DNA from: Kofleriaceae bacterium
GTDB lineage: Bacteria > Myxococcota_A > Polyangia > Haliangiales > Haliangiaceae
Length of the DNA stretch: 64,000 nt
NCBI GenBank assembly: GCA_965215005.1
Contig: CBDCCZ010000040.1
Span: 1 to 64,000 of the forward strand
Reading direction: 5' to 3'
Made by a program: the position numbers and the translations under genes. Numbering within the stretch: position 1 is the first letter of the stretch; the number at the start of each line of letters is the position of its first letter. Under the pieces are notes generated by a model. It was not told where the DNA came from, did no database searches, and saw only the letters and a program-made list of their open reading frames with translations. Below, piece by piece: positions 1 through 8,795 of this stretch.

Positions 1-2383
1 CTCCGCCCTGAGCGGGCAGCGGATTGTTGACCGAGTCGATATAAGCGATTGCTCGGGTCAGAGACGTGAGGGTGCCGGGGGTTGACGTTCCCCCGCGTCC
101 CACCGCCAATGCGATAGTGCCGCGCGACCACGTTGTTCTTGCCTTCGGGCGGCATGAGGCCCTTGCGACCGTCACCAAACGCCACCTGCCCGGTTTGATA
201 ATCCATGGTGTAATGCCGACTGCGCGGACCCGACTCAAAGAAGCTCTCGACACGCTTCCACGCCACCCAGCACTCCTGGTTCTCCGCGTCATCGAGCGGC
301 TGCACCGCGTCGGCGTCGAGCTCGCTGAGCTCCTCGTCGCTAGGCCGTCGGCGCTCGCGCACTTCGATGCGCTCGTCCTCGAGCAGCGGCTCGCGCAATA
401 ACTGAAACGTCTGCATCGGCGTCGCATCGGCTGAGCCCAAGGTCTCGTCGCGAATCGTGAGGTGGTTGAAGGCGGGGCGCAACGTTGGTGAGGATGCGGC
501 GAATGCGCGGCGGCTTGACGTAGCCACCCATCTCGAGACGTGCGCGAAACCAATACCGCTCCTCGGTGAACTTCATCGTCGGATGCCAGTCTTCCGGTCC
601 GACGAAGTCAACGAAGCCAGACGTGGTAAAGCCGCGCGTCTCGTCGACCACCGACAACGGCTCCCAGGCGGAACCGTCCCAGTACTCCCACAACACCCGC
701 TGCTCGCGATCCCACGCCGCCCGAACCTCCGCCGTGTGCTTGACGAGCTCGGCAGTGACGACGGCGGTATCCTCCTCCAGCAGCGCTGCGACCGAGAGGT
801 CCTCCTCCATGTGCACGTACAGCGACAGCAGCTCGTTGGGCAATCGCGCAGCAAACCCCAGGTACATCGCCGGCGACTCGTCCGCTTTCGGCGCAAACGG
901 CTGGAAAATCGTGAACTCGGCGCGCGCCGCTTCGGTCACGTCGCTGAACTGAAAGTCGTTGAACACCAGCGAATGGCGAACGTCGCGGTAGTCCTCACGG
1001 TACTTGAAGCTGACGCTGCGCAGCGCTGGCGGGTGGAGAGGACGGTCGTCGCGATAGACCCACTTCTCTCCTTCGAGGGTATAGCTACCAGCGACACCGT
1101 AGTCGCCTTTCTCGATGCGCACGCGGATCCAACGACGCAGCTCGCCGTTGATGTCGATGGCTTCCATATCTTTTGGACGCCGAAAACTGACTGTGCCGGT
1201 CTGACTGAGACCGCGGGTCTCGTCGTGAAAAACCGAGCTCGTCACCAGCGCCAGGAAGGATGCCGCGCGGGCCGCTGCGACCAAGATATCGCCAACGTTT
1301 CCCATCGTGATATTCCCACGCAAGAACCAGGTTTTCAGCTGGATTGGGTCGGGCTATCGCCGCTGGATCGGCGATAGCGAGCTCGATGCCAATATAGGCA
1401 TCTGGGGTGACCAGAAGCTCCTCGCATGACAAATACAGGACACAATCCACCCCCGGCTCTTTACCGAAGGGGAAGACGTTCTTGCCAAGGTCCAGCAGTA
1501 GAAAGGCATTATTGTCGAGATTGGCAAACGCGCGATCGGGGACCACACCTTCGCCGACCACCTCGACCCGGGCGCGAATCGTATCGACCTCGGTGTCTTC
1601 AGCACGCTCGGGAACCTCGGCCAGCCGACCGCGCATCCACAATCCCTCGATGTCGGCAACGACGGTGGGGGCAAAGCTTAGGGGACCGAAGAAGCAGACC
1701 TCGCCGCGGTCGACCTCGAGAGGCGCAGCGACCAGCTCCTGCCAGCGCGCGCCATTCCAGTATTCCCACTCGAGGAGCCGCGCGAGATCGCGGCCACCGC
1801 GCTCGGGGCAGCCGAGGAAAATGCGGAGCACGGACTGGTCCCCTGCTCCGGCAAAGCGCAGATCTGAAAGATATAGATAGCGTTCGATGCGCTCTGCGCC
1901 ACCAAACACCTCGAAAGCGCCCGTTCGTTCGCCGACGACGAAGGCAGAGTTGTCCGCATAGGTATCGTTGTAATAGGAGAAGCAGCGATCGAACGCGACG
2001 CTGGTGACGGTAACCGAACGAGCAGTCTCGAAGACCACTGGCTCGTCTTCGGTAGACTGCGGTGTCGCCACTTGCGTCCCAGTGGCGATCCGCTGCTGAT
2101 TGGCTCCTTCTACGAGTCGAAACTGCAGGAGCGCGCGTGCCGCCCGGGGCGCTCGCAGCTTGATCCCGAGCAAATTCAGGAAGGCGACGTAATTCTTCTC
2201 GGGAACTTGATTGAGGCGATACAGGATGAGGTCGGTCATCCAAGCCGCCAGCTCGATGAGCGTCACCCCCGGATCAGAGGGGTTGTGATTGGTCCACTCG
2301 GGGCAATAGCGCGGAATCAAACTGAGCGCTTCGTCGACGATGTCTCGAAAGCTGCGATCGTCGAGTTTAGGCGAGGGGATCAT
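1..2383 (-). CDS. eCIS baseplate J-like (Afp11/12-type) baseplate assembly protein; runs off the window edge, frameshifted near 1230 and 470
   Basis: N-terminus MIPSPKLDDRSFRDIVDEALSLIPRYCPEWTNHNPSDPGVTLIEL is typical of CIS baseplate J proteins. It continues in ORF 340..1323 (WEYWDG..DETRGFT) and in a third frame towards position 1. Confidence 0.9.
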
Positions 2384-2678
2384 GGGTTGGCTTCGCTCCC
2401 GCGAGTTGGTGTCGAGGCCGCGCCGTCGAGCATGACGCCGCAGGATAGATGACGCGTACATCGGCCGCCCCGCTGCGGGGCAACGACGGCCGCTCGATGT
2501 TGCTCAACCGCCGTCTCCCCCTGCTTCGCTAGCGGATTACGACTGCCGTCGTTAGCCGCTCGTGCTGCGCACGACCGAAGACGACAAAGGGCGCGAACGT
2601 GTGCGCTAGGCAGAAGGAAGCCCGGGGTACCGCAAACCGTATCGCGACGGTGCGCTCCGAGAGTGTCCGCCGACCGTT

Positions 2679-3089
2679 TCATGGAGCATCCTCGTCGGGC
2701 TGACGTAAGTACAGTGGGTAGACGAGGTTGCGCTCTTCGTAGATCTCGGTGACCACGTAGGTAATGCGAATGTCCAGACGGTTGGGCTCATCTTTGTTGG
2801 CGCGGGCGGTGACGGTGACATCTTCGATACGAGGCTCGAACTTGAGCAACGCCTCCTCGCAGTAGTGCTCAGCGCGGGCCGCCGTAATGTCGTTATTGGG
2901 CGCGAACATCAAATCGTGAATCCGGCAGCCAAACTCGGGTCGATGGAGCCGTTCTCCGGGTGCGGTGCCGAGAATGATGAAGATCGACTCGCGAACGTTC
3001 TCCTCCTGCGCGGAGGTGGAGATGCCGCCAGTGAGGTTGATGGCGACCGGAAAGCGCCATCCTTTGCCGAGATAATCGCGAGGATCCAT
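2679..3089 (-). CDS. GPW/gp25 family baseplate wedge protein (Afp9-like)
   Basis: LGKGWRFPV...[18 protein letters not shown]...FEPRI...NLVYP signature. Confidence 0.95.
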   Translation of the reverse strand: MDPRDYLGKGWRFPVAINLTGGISTSAQEENVRESIFIILGTAPGERLHRPEFGCRIHDLMFAPNNDITAARAEHYCEEALLKFEPRIEDVTVTARANKDEPNRLDIRITYVVTEIYEERNLVYPLYLRQPDEDAP

Positions 3090-3095
3090 GAGCAG

Positions 3096-3314
3096 CTACG
3101 CTTGAAAACGAACCTCGATGAGCTTGCCGCACGAGCCGCACGCGATCCTCGTTCGCCGCGCGGCGCCGCCGACGACGGTGACGTCTAGGGGTTCGCTCCC
3201 ACAGAACGGGCATGCCAAACCGCCTGAGCGACCAGCGACGATCTCATCCAACACATCCTGCCAGGCAATGGCCTCTTCATCGTGCAAGTACACGAATCCC
3301 TTTCGTTTCGTCAC
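3096..3314 (-). CDS. small Zn-ribbon protein (CPFC...CGSC)
   Basis: 72-aa ORF with two CxxC pairs, ending 6 bp upstream of gp25. Confidence 0.7.
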   Translation of the reverse strand: MTKRKGFVYLHDEEAIAWQDVLDEIVAGRSGGLACPFCGSEPLDVTVVGGAARRTRIACGSCGKLIEVRFQA

Positions 3315-3331
3315 AGATCGCAGCAGCGCTC

Positions 3332-3361
3332 AGTCTAAGAAGGGGTTCTTGCGCAAGTCAA
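3332..3361 (-). promoter_or_regulatory. putative sigma70-type internal promoter
   Basis: Minus strand TTGACT-N18-TAGACT just upstream of the Zn-ribbon/gp25/baseplate genes, in a ~400-bp gap. Confidence 0.5.
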
Positions 3362-3722
3362 CGCAGGGTGCTTGATTTCGCGGCCGATGCCGATGGCCAA
3401 AAGCGGCAAAATCGTGCCAGCGGACGAAGCAGTGGCGTTTTACCGCCCCAGTGGTCGAGGTCGTCGAGCTCTGCGCCTGGCGCTCCGAGCTTGTCGATGA
3501 CGAGCCACAATCGTGCCTCCTCGAGCCGCATCCTGGCGCCCCATCGTTTCGATCAACCGTCGCCTCAATGAGAGGTCGCACTTTCGACGTGATCGCCCGC
3601 CCGTTGGTGTCGGTGTTAGCGCCTCTAGAAATGGGTGAGATGGGTTCAAAGAGGGGGACGTGCCGCATTGCAGCGCGCCAGAAGGGGCCATCATGCGCAC
3701 ACGCCGCGGGCGAGGCTTGCGG

Positions 3723-6278
3723 CTACTCATCGAGCTTATTCCGACCGCTTCGTTTCGCGGCAGTGTCGGGGTCGCGCGCCACCTCGGAAGCAGCGTCCAC
3801 GTCGCTCTGCGGGTCGAGCGCGGCATCGCGGCTGTCGAGCTTGCTGCCGCCCTCGCGCCGCGCGGCAGTCTCCGGGTCGCGCGCCACGTCGGAAGCTGCG
3901 CCCACGTCGCCCTGCGGGTCGAGCGCGGCGTCGCGGCTGTCGAGCTTGCTGCCGCCCTCGCGCCGTGCGGCAGTCTCCGGGTCGCGCGCCACCTCGGAAG
4001 CAGCGTCCACGTCGCCCTGCGGGTCGATCGCGGCATCACGGTGGTCGACCCCTGGCACCTCGGCGCCGCCTCGGTCGAGCTCCGCTGGTGCCGCCATGGC
4101 TCCAGGATCGTGGCGTCTCTGCGCAGCGTCCGCCTCGCGCGCCGGCGCATGCTCGAGGCGTCGAGCATCATGCTCGGCCGCACGCAGCTCGCCTCGCGCA
4201 TCCTCTACTCCAGAAGGTGTCCCGACGTCGCCCGCGCTCCGCGGTCCAGCCGCCGCATCCCGTGTGATCGAAGCGGAATGCCCTTCCACCTGCCCCTGGA
4301 CATCGCCCGCCGCACGTGCGTCACGCTCCAGCCGACCGGCGTCTCCTTCCACATGCTTTCGGTGCCTGGCGTCGGCGGCGTCGGGTTCCGCGATCGCGAC
4401 CTGGGAATCGACATCCTCCAAGGCTCGCCTCGGCTCAACGTCCTGCATCGGATCCTGTGTCGCCGGCTCGCTCTCCGCGACTCCATGTTCGGACGCGTTG
4501 AAATTCTGTGAAGGACCTTTCGAGCGCTGCGCCAGCACCTTCTCAGGCTCGTTCACGCCACGCGGCTCCCCGCTTGTTGCCTCTCGCGGCAGCTCCGCAC
4601 CATCGCCTGCCGAGCTACCTGCCCCTCCAGAGACTGCGTCCGATCGAGCGCCCAGGGCTCCCCCCACGTCGCCCGCCGCTGCCCCAGAAACATCTCCGCC
4701 CAACGCGCCAGAAACGTCTCCGCCCGCTGCGCCGCTCACGTCGCCCGCTGCCCCAGCGCCCGCTCGACCACCCAGCGCCCCGCTCACGTCGCCCGTCGCC
4801 CCGGCGCCCGCTCGACCGCCCAGCGCACCGCTCACGTCGCCCGTCGCCCCGGCGCCCGCTCGACTGCCCAGCGCGCCGCCCACGTCACCCGCCGCTCCAG
4901 CGCCCGCTCGACCACCCAACGCGCCGCCCACGTCACCCGCCGCTCCAGCGCCCGCTCGACCGCCCAACGCGCCGCCCACGTCACCCGCCGCTCCAGCGCC
5001 CGCTCGACCACCCAACGCGCCGCCCACGTCACCCGCTGCCCCGGCGTGCAAGTCGGCGGCGGCGGCTAACTCGCGTCCATCTGTCGCCTGCGCAGGCGAC
5101 GGGCCTAGCTCGTCGCGCCCTGCGATGGAAAGCGGCGCGCTTTCCGAGACGCTGGCCCCCGCGCGACTTCGGACTAGGACGCGGGCGGCACCCTCGGCGA
5201 CCTTGCCGTCCCAGGTTGCACGTGCGCGCCCGTCTTGCACCTGTCCGGGCAGCGCGGCGATGATCGCCCCGGTTTCCGCGTCGATAACCTCGAAGATGAC
5301 CTCGGCCGTATTGACGGCGAGCGCGGTCAACGCCACCGGCTGCCCCGGCGCCAGCACGAGGTCGGACACCAGGCTCGCAGCCGTGGTCAGCTCGGCCGCG
5401 ACGGCTGCCTCGTCGCCGGCCTCGCGCAAAGCCGCCGCCTCGCGCTGCGCCGGCGCACCTCCGATGCTGCTGCCGGGCGCGCTAGCGACGTCGCTCTGAC
5501 GCTCCTGCACCTGGTCGCGCGGCGTCACCGCGGCACCGCTACCGCCATCGCCACCACCACCTCGACCTCCGCCACCACCACCACCAAAGCCATCTGGATT
5601 GAGCTGGGTCATCGGCGCACGCAGTATGAGATCCCCTGCCGCCTTGCAGTTGAGCGCGCCGCGCGTCGCCACTTGCAGTTTGACGCCCGCGCGAGCCGTC
5701 ACTTTGCCGCTACTGGTCATCGTGAGGCTCTTGCCGTGAACCCGCACCACACCAGAGGGAGCGCAGATCTCGATGTCTCCCGAGCCACTCTCGAGGGTCA
5801 CCGAGTCGCTTGCCGCGTCGAGAACGATCTTGTTGGTGCCGCTCGAGTCCACCAAGATCACCCGTTCCGCGCCGTTGGTGTCGTCGAAAATCAACCGGTG
5901 TCCACTCTTGGACTTGATGACTCGCAGGTGATTCTTGCCATCACGATTGGCTTCGGGCGGCGGCTGCGCGTCGCTCCACACCGCGCCAATTACGATAGGC
6001 CGGCGGATATCGCCGTGCTCGAAAACGCAAAGGACCTGGTCTTCGAGCTCCGGCAACAAGTACGTGCCGCGCCCGCCTCCGGCCATGGGGACTGCGATAC
6101 GCGCCCACGCCGATTCATCTCGCGCACCGGGTAGCCATGGAAACGTTACCTTCACGCGGTAGCCGGGGTTGCCGTCTCCTTCCGCGTTGTTGGTGACGAC
6201 CCCGAGATACACACCGCGAAGCTTGGCCGCCCCCGCTGTTGCCGACGGTCGCCTCTCCGACATGAACGGCGATCGCAT
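3723..6278 (-). CDS. gp5/gpV-type spike protein (OB-fold plus beta-helix) with long C-terminal extension
   Basis: GVYLGVVTNN..RVKVTFPWL..SAWARIAVPMAGGGRGTYLLPELEDQVLCVFEHGD..SKSGHRLIFDD, then a poly-Gly linker, a beta-rich domain and tandem repeats. Confidence 0.85.
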   Translation of the reverse strand: MRSPFMSERRPSATAGAAKLRGVYLGVVTNNAEGDGNPGYRVKVTFPWLPGARDESAWARIAVPMAGGGRGTYLLPELEDQVLCVFEHGDIRRPIVIGAVWSDAQPPPEANRDGKNHLRVIKSKSGHRLIFDDTNGAERVILVDSSGTNKIVLDAASDSVTLESGSGDIEICAPSGVVRVHGKSLTMTSSGKVTARAGVKLQVATRGALNCKAAGDLILRAPMTQLNPDGFGGGGGGGRGGGGDGGSGAAVTPRDQVQERQSDVASAPGSSIGGAPAQREAAALREAGDEAAVAAELTTAASLVSDLVLAPGQPVALTALAVNTAEVIFEVIDAETGAIIAALPGQVQDGRARATWDGKVAEGAARVLVRSRAGASVSESAPLSIAGRDELGPSPAQATDGRELAAAADLHAGAAGDVGGALGGRAGAGAAGDVGGALGGRAGAGAAGDVGGALGGRAGAGAAGDVGGALGSRAGAGATGDVSGALGGRAGAGATGDVSGALGGRAGAGAAGDVSGAAGGDVSGALGGDVSGAAAGDVGGALGARSDAVSGGAGSSAGDGAELPREATSGEPRGVNEPEKVLAQRSKGPSQNFNASEHGVAESEPATQDPMQDVEPRRALEDVDSQVAIAEPDAADARHRKHVEGDAGRLERDARAAGDVQGQVEGHSASITRDAAAGPRSAGDVGTPSGVEDARGELRAAEHDARRLEHAPAREADAAQRRHDPGAMAAPAELDRGGAEVPGVDHRDAAIDPQGDVDAASEVARDPETAARREGGSKLDSRDAALDPQGDVGAASDVARDPETAARREGGSKLDSRDAALDPQSDVDAASEVARDPDTAAKRSGRNKLDE
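3760..4050 (-). repeat. ~3 copies of a 105-bp (35-aa) coding tandem repeat
   Basis: DSRDAALDPQGDVxAASxVARDPETAARREGGSKL repeated at the C-terminus of the spike. Confidence 0.85.
4735..5045 (-). repeat. ~6-7 copies of a 48-bp (16-aa) coding tandem repeat
   Basis: GAAGDVGGALGGRAGA units; nucleotide unit tcacccgccgctccagcgcccgctcgaccacccaacgcgccgcccacg. Confidence 0.9.
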
Positions 6279-6280
6279 GG

Positions 6281-7012
6281 CTACGGACCCACCTTGAGCG
6301 TTCCACCTTCGAGCTTGCCCGCGCTCGCCGCGCAGACCTTACCGGTGGCTGTGCCTTCGACCTCGAGCTCGCCGGCCGCCTTCACGTCAATCGCCTCCAG
6401 CGCCGTGAGCTCGGCGTGCTGCGCCTTGACCGTCAGTGCTCCGTTGGGACACCAGATGCGCACCGCGCCGGTCGCCGCGGTGACGGAGACTCCGCGGACA
6501 GGAGCGCCATTGATCCCCTTGGGAACCGACAGCGTCTTGGCGTTGGCGCTGTCGCCCCCGCTGGCAAATTCGCCCACGCCAACATAGTTGCGCTCGGTTC
6601 GATCGGTAAGCACCGCCTTGCCATGTGTGGAGTCTTCGAATGACAGCCGATGCCCAGATCGCGACTTGATGAAACGAACATCGTTGCTGCCGCTATCGTT
6701 GCTCTCCGGCGGGGCGTCGCTCCGATTCCACGTCCCGCCGATGACCACTGGATGGCGAATGTCACCCGCAAGGAACACGACCAGCACCGAATCGTTTACC
6801 TCGGGCAGAACATAGGTGCCGTAACCGCTGCCAGCCATCGGCACCGCGAGCTGTGCCCACGAAGATTGATCGCGCTCGCCGCCGGGCATCCACGGGAAGC
6901 GAACTTTCACCCGCGCCTGGCCGAGCTCATCGTCTTTGTTTTGCGTGACGATGGCGTAGTAAACACCGCACAGGGCGGTGTCGCCGGATTCGGCTTGCGG
7001 GCCTCCCGCCAT
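6281..7012 (-). CDS. phage baseplate assembly protein V / gp5 OB-fold spike protein
   Basis: GVYYAIVTQNKD..RVKVRFPWM..WAQLAVPMAGSGYGTYVLPEVNDSVLVVF..SRSGHRLSFED. Confidence 0.9.
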   Translation of the reverse strand: MAGGPQAESGDTALCGVYYAIVTQNKDDELGQARVKVRFPWMPGGERDQSSWAQLAVPMAGSGYGTYVLPEVNDSVLVVFLAGDIRHPVVIGGTWNRSDAPPESNDSGSNDVRFIKSRSGHRLSFEDSTHGKAVLTDRTERNYVGVGEFASGGDSANAKTLSVPKGINGAPVRGVSVTAATGAVRIWCPNGALTVKAQHAELTALEAIDVKAAGELEVEGTATGKVCAASAGKLEGGTLKVGP

Positions 7013-8101
7013 CTATCCCTGCTCCGCATCACGGCGCATCCGCAGGATGCTCCGATACCCACCACCGCCACCTTCTTCTCCACGGCTGAAAGGGCGATAT
7101 TGATGCGTACAGCCGGTTACGAGGTACTTACCATTGAACTTGTCATCAGGCGCATCGGGATTGACCACGACGTTCACCACGACACCTGGGCGAAACACCG
7201 CCGCCCCAGTGCACTCGAGCTCTCCGGAGATATATCCCATCAGCAACTCAGAGAGGCGCGCCGCCGCGATCGCCTGCGCCTCTTCGTTACTGAATATCGG
7301 ATGATCGACCTCGAAGGTTGCGACCTCACCGAATGCGCTCGCGGCGGAGTCGCCGGTGCGCTGACCGAGCTTTGAGCCAGTGGCGCTCGCCTCACCAACG
7401 ATTTCCTCTTTGCGCTCGGGATTCCAGCCGCGCACGGTCACTTTCTTGACCATCGCCGCCGACGACATACGCGGTGAAAAGCTCCGCACCAGCAAATCGC
7501 CTACTGGCTCCGAGAGATTGAGCTCGACACCGGAGTCTTGGTCGGTCTTTGGCGGCGCAAAGAACAGCGTGTCGCCTTCGACCCACACTGCGTAGCCAAT
7601 TCGAGCGGCGCGCAGGCGAAGCAGCTCCAGATCGGTCTGGTTATGCTGATATACGTGCTCGTGGATGATCTTCGTCGTGTCGTCAGCGCGTGGTCGTAAG
7701 CCGTGATCTCCAGCAATCTGGCTGCAGATATCTTGATCGCTCATGTCGAGAAACGTTCGCGATTTGCGGCCACGCAAGAGCCGATGCAGCTTATCGAACG
7801 CACGCAGGACACACTTACTGTCACCGCCTGCGCGGTAGAGAGGCTCGATTCCGACGATCTCGCCTGCAAAGAGAGTTTCGCCGCTGGCGCCGCCCACCTT
7901 GACTTCCACGCCATCGCCGTGGGTTACCGCGTTCGAGAAGTGGTGCCCTTGGTTCTGCACCATGAGAGCGCACATCCGCGGCTGGTCGAGATCCTGCTCA
8001 ATGACAAATGACTGCAGCTTGTCATCGTCGATGCGCTGTCCCGCGAGGGTCACGTAGATATCCGTTACGCGGTGTAAATTGCGCTGTTCGGCCACCATCA
8101 A
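7013..8101 (-). CDS. gp27-like hub (phage late control D family; N-terminal half of VgrG/Afp8)
   Basis: LFAGEIVGIEP..RAFDKLHRLLRGRKSRTF..YQHNQTDLELLRLRAARIGY..VTVRGWNP..FNGKYLVT. Confidence 0.9.
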   Translation of the reverse strand: MMVAEQRNLHRVTDIYVTLAGQRIDDDKLQSFVIEQDLDQPRMCALMVQNQGHHFSNAVTHGDGVEVKVGGASGETLFAGEIVGIEPLYRAGGDSKCVLRAFDKLHRLLRGRKSRTFLDMSDQDICSQIAGDHGLRPRADDTTKIIHEHVYQHNQTDLELLRLRAARIGYAVWVEGDTLFFAPPKTDQDSGVELNLSEPVGDLLVRSFSPRMSSAAMVKKVTVRGWNPERKEEIVGEASATGSKLGQRTGDSAASAFGEVATFEVDHPIFSNEEAQAIAAARLSELLMGYISGELECTGAAVFRPGVVVNVVVNPDAPDDKFNGKYLVTGCTHQYRPFSRGEEGGGGGYRSILRMRRDAEQG

Positions 8102-8234
8102 AATCCTCGTTCGCAGCGGCTCGTGCGCCGCCGCTGAGTCGTGCCGCGGTTCTCGCTAGGGCCATTCATCTCGCATGAGGACAAGGAGCGCTGCTCGAGG
8201 CCTATCTTCGGCGTCTTCACCGCAGCCTCAACCA

Positions 8235-8795
8235 TCATCGGCCGGAGTTGCCGTTGCCCGCTGGCCCCCCGGACGCGCCGGGACTGCTGCTCGAGGCCCC
8301 TGGGCTACCGCCGCTCTTCTGCTTACGGACTTTGGCGCGCACTGCGGCGGCTTCTTTGAGCTTCAGCGAGCATGTCGCGCGAACGGGAGTACCGTCGGGC
8401 AGAAACATAGTGTACTTGACGCTGAGCGACTCAATCACGCCCTTGAAGCGAGGAAAGTTTGCTTCCGCGCCCCATCGCACTTCGACCAATGGTGGCCGCT
8501 TCTGCTCCTCACTTGCTGCGTTCTTGCGCACCAGTGTCATCGCGGTGAGCGCCTCGACGCCGGCTTCGTACACGCTGGTCTTGAGCTCGTAGGTATCGAA
8601 CAATAGCTCGAGAGACATCGTGCGGTTTTCGGAATCGGTGTATTCCAACGCCGGATTGTCCCCTTTGGCGTTCTTCTGCTTGCTCCAAGGCACACTTTTA
8701 TCAATCTGCACCTCCTTGGGATTGAAGTGCGCCACCACGGAATTGCCGTCGTCGTGATTGATAATCGTGAGCTTGAGAAGATTTGCAGCGTTCAT
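8235..8795 (-). CDS. CIS tube-initiator protein (Afp7-like), no LysM domain
   Basis: HFNPKEVQIDKSVPW..LELLFDTYE..PPLVEVRWG..FKGVIESLSVKYTMFLPDGTPVRATCSLKLKE; ATGA overlap with the upstream gene. Confidence 0.88.
   Translation of the reverse strand: MNAANLLKLTIINHDDGNSVVAHFNPKEVQIDKSVPWSKQKNAKGDNPALEYTDSENRTMSLELLFDTYELKTSVYEAGVEALTAMTLVRKNAASEEQKRPPLVEVRWGAEANFPRFKGVIESLSVKYTMFLPDGTPVRATCSLKLKEAAAVRAKVRKQKSGGSPGASSSSPGASGGPAGNGNSGR

Noticed and set aside
340..2383. Baseplate gene as a pseudogene or programmed frameshift
   Set aside because: Breaks fall at homopolymer runs, like many others in this window; sequencing error is more likely.
4735..5045. 48-bp repeats as a possible CRISPR array
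   Set aside because: Contiguous in-frame coding repeats with no unique spacers and no cas genes.
3451..5499. 682-aa plus-strand Pro/Ser-rich ORF
   Set aside because: Antisense shadow of the spike gene in GC-rich repetitive DNA.
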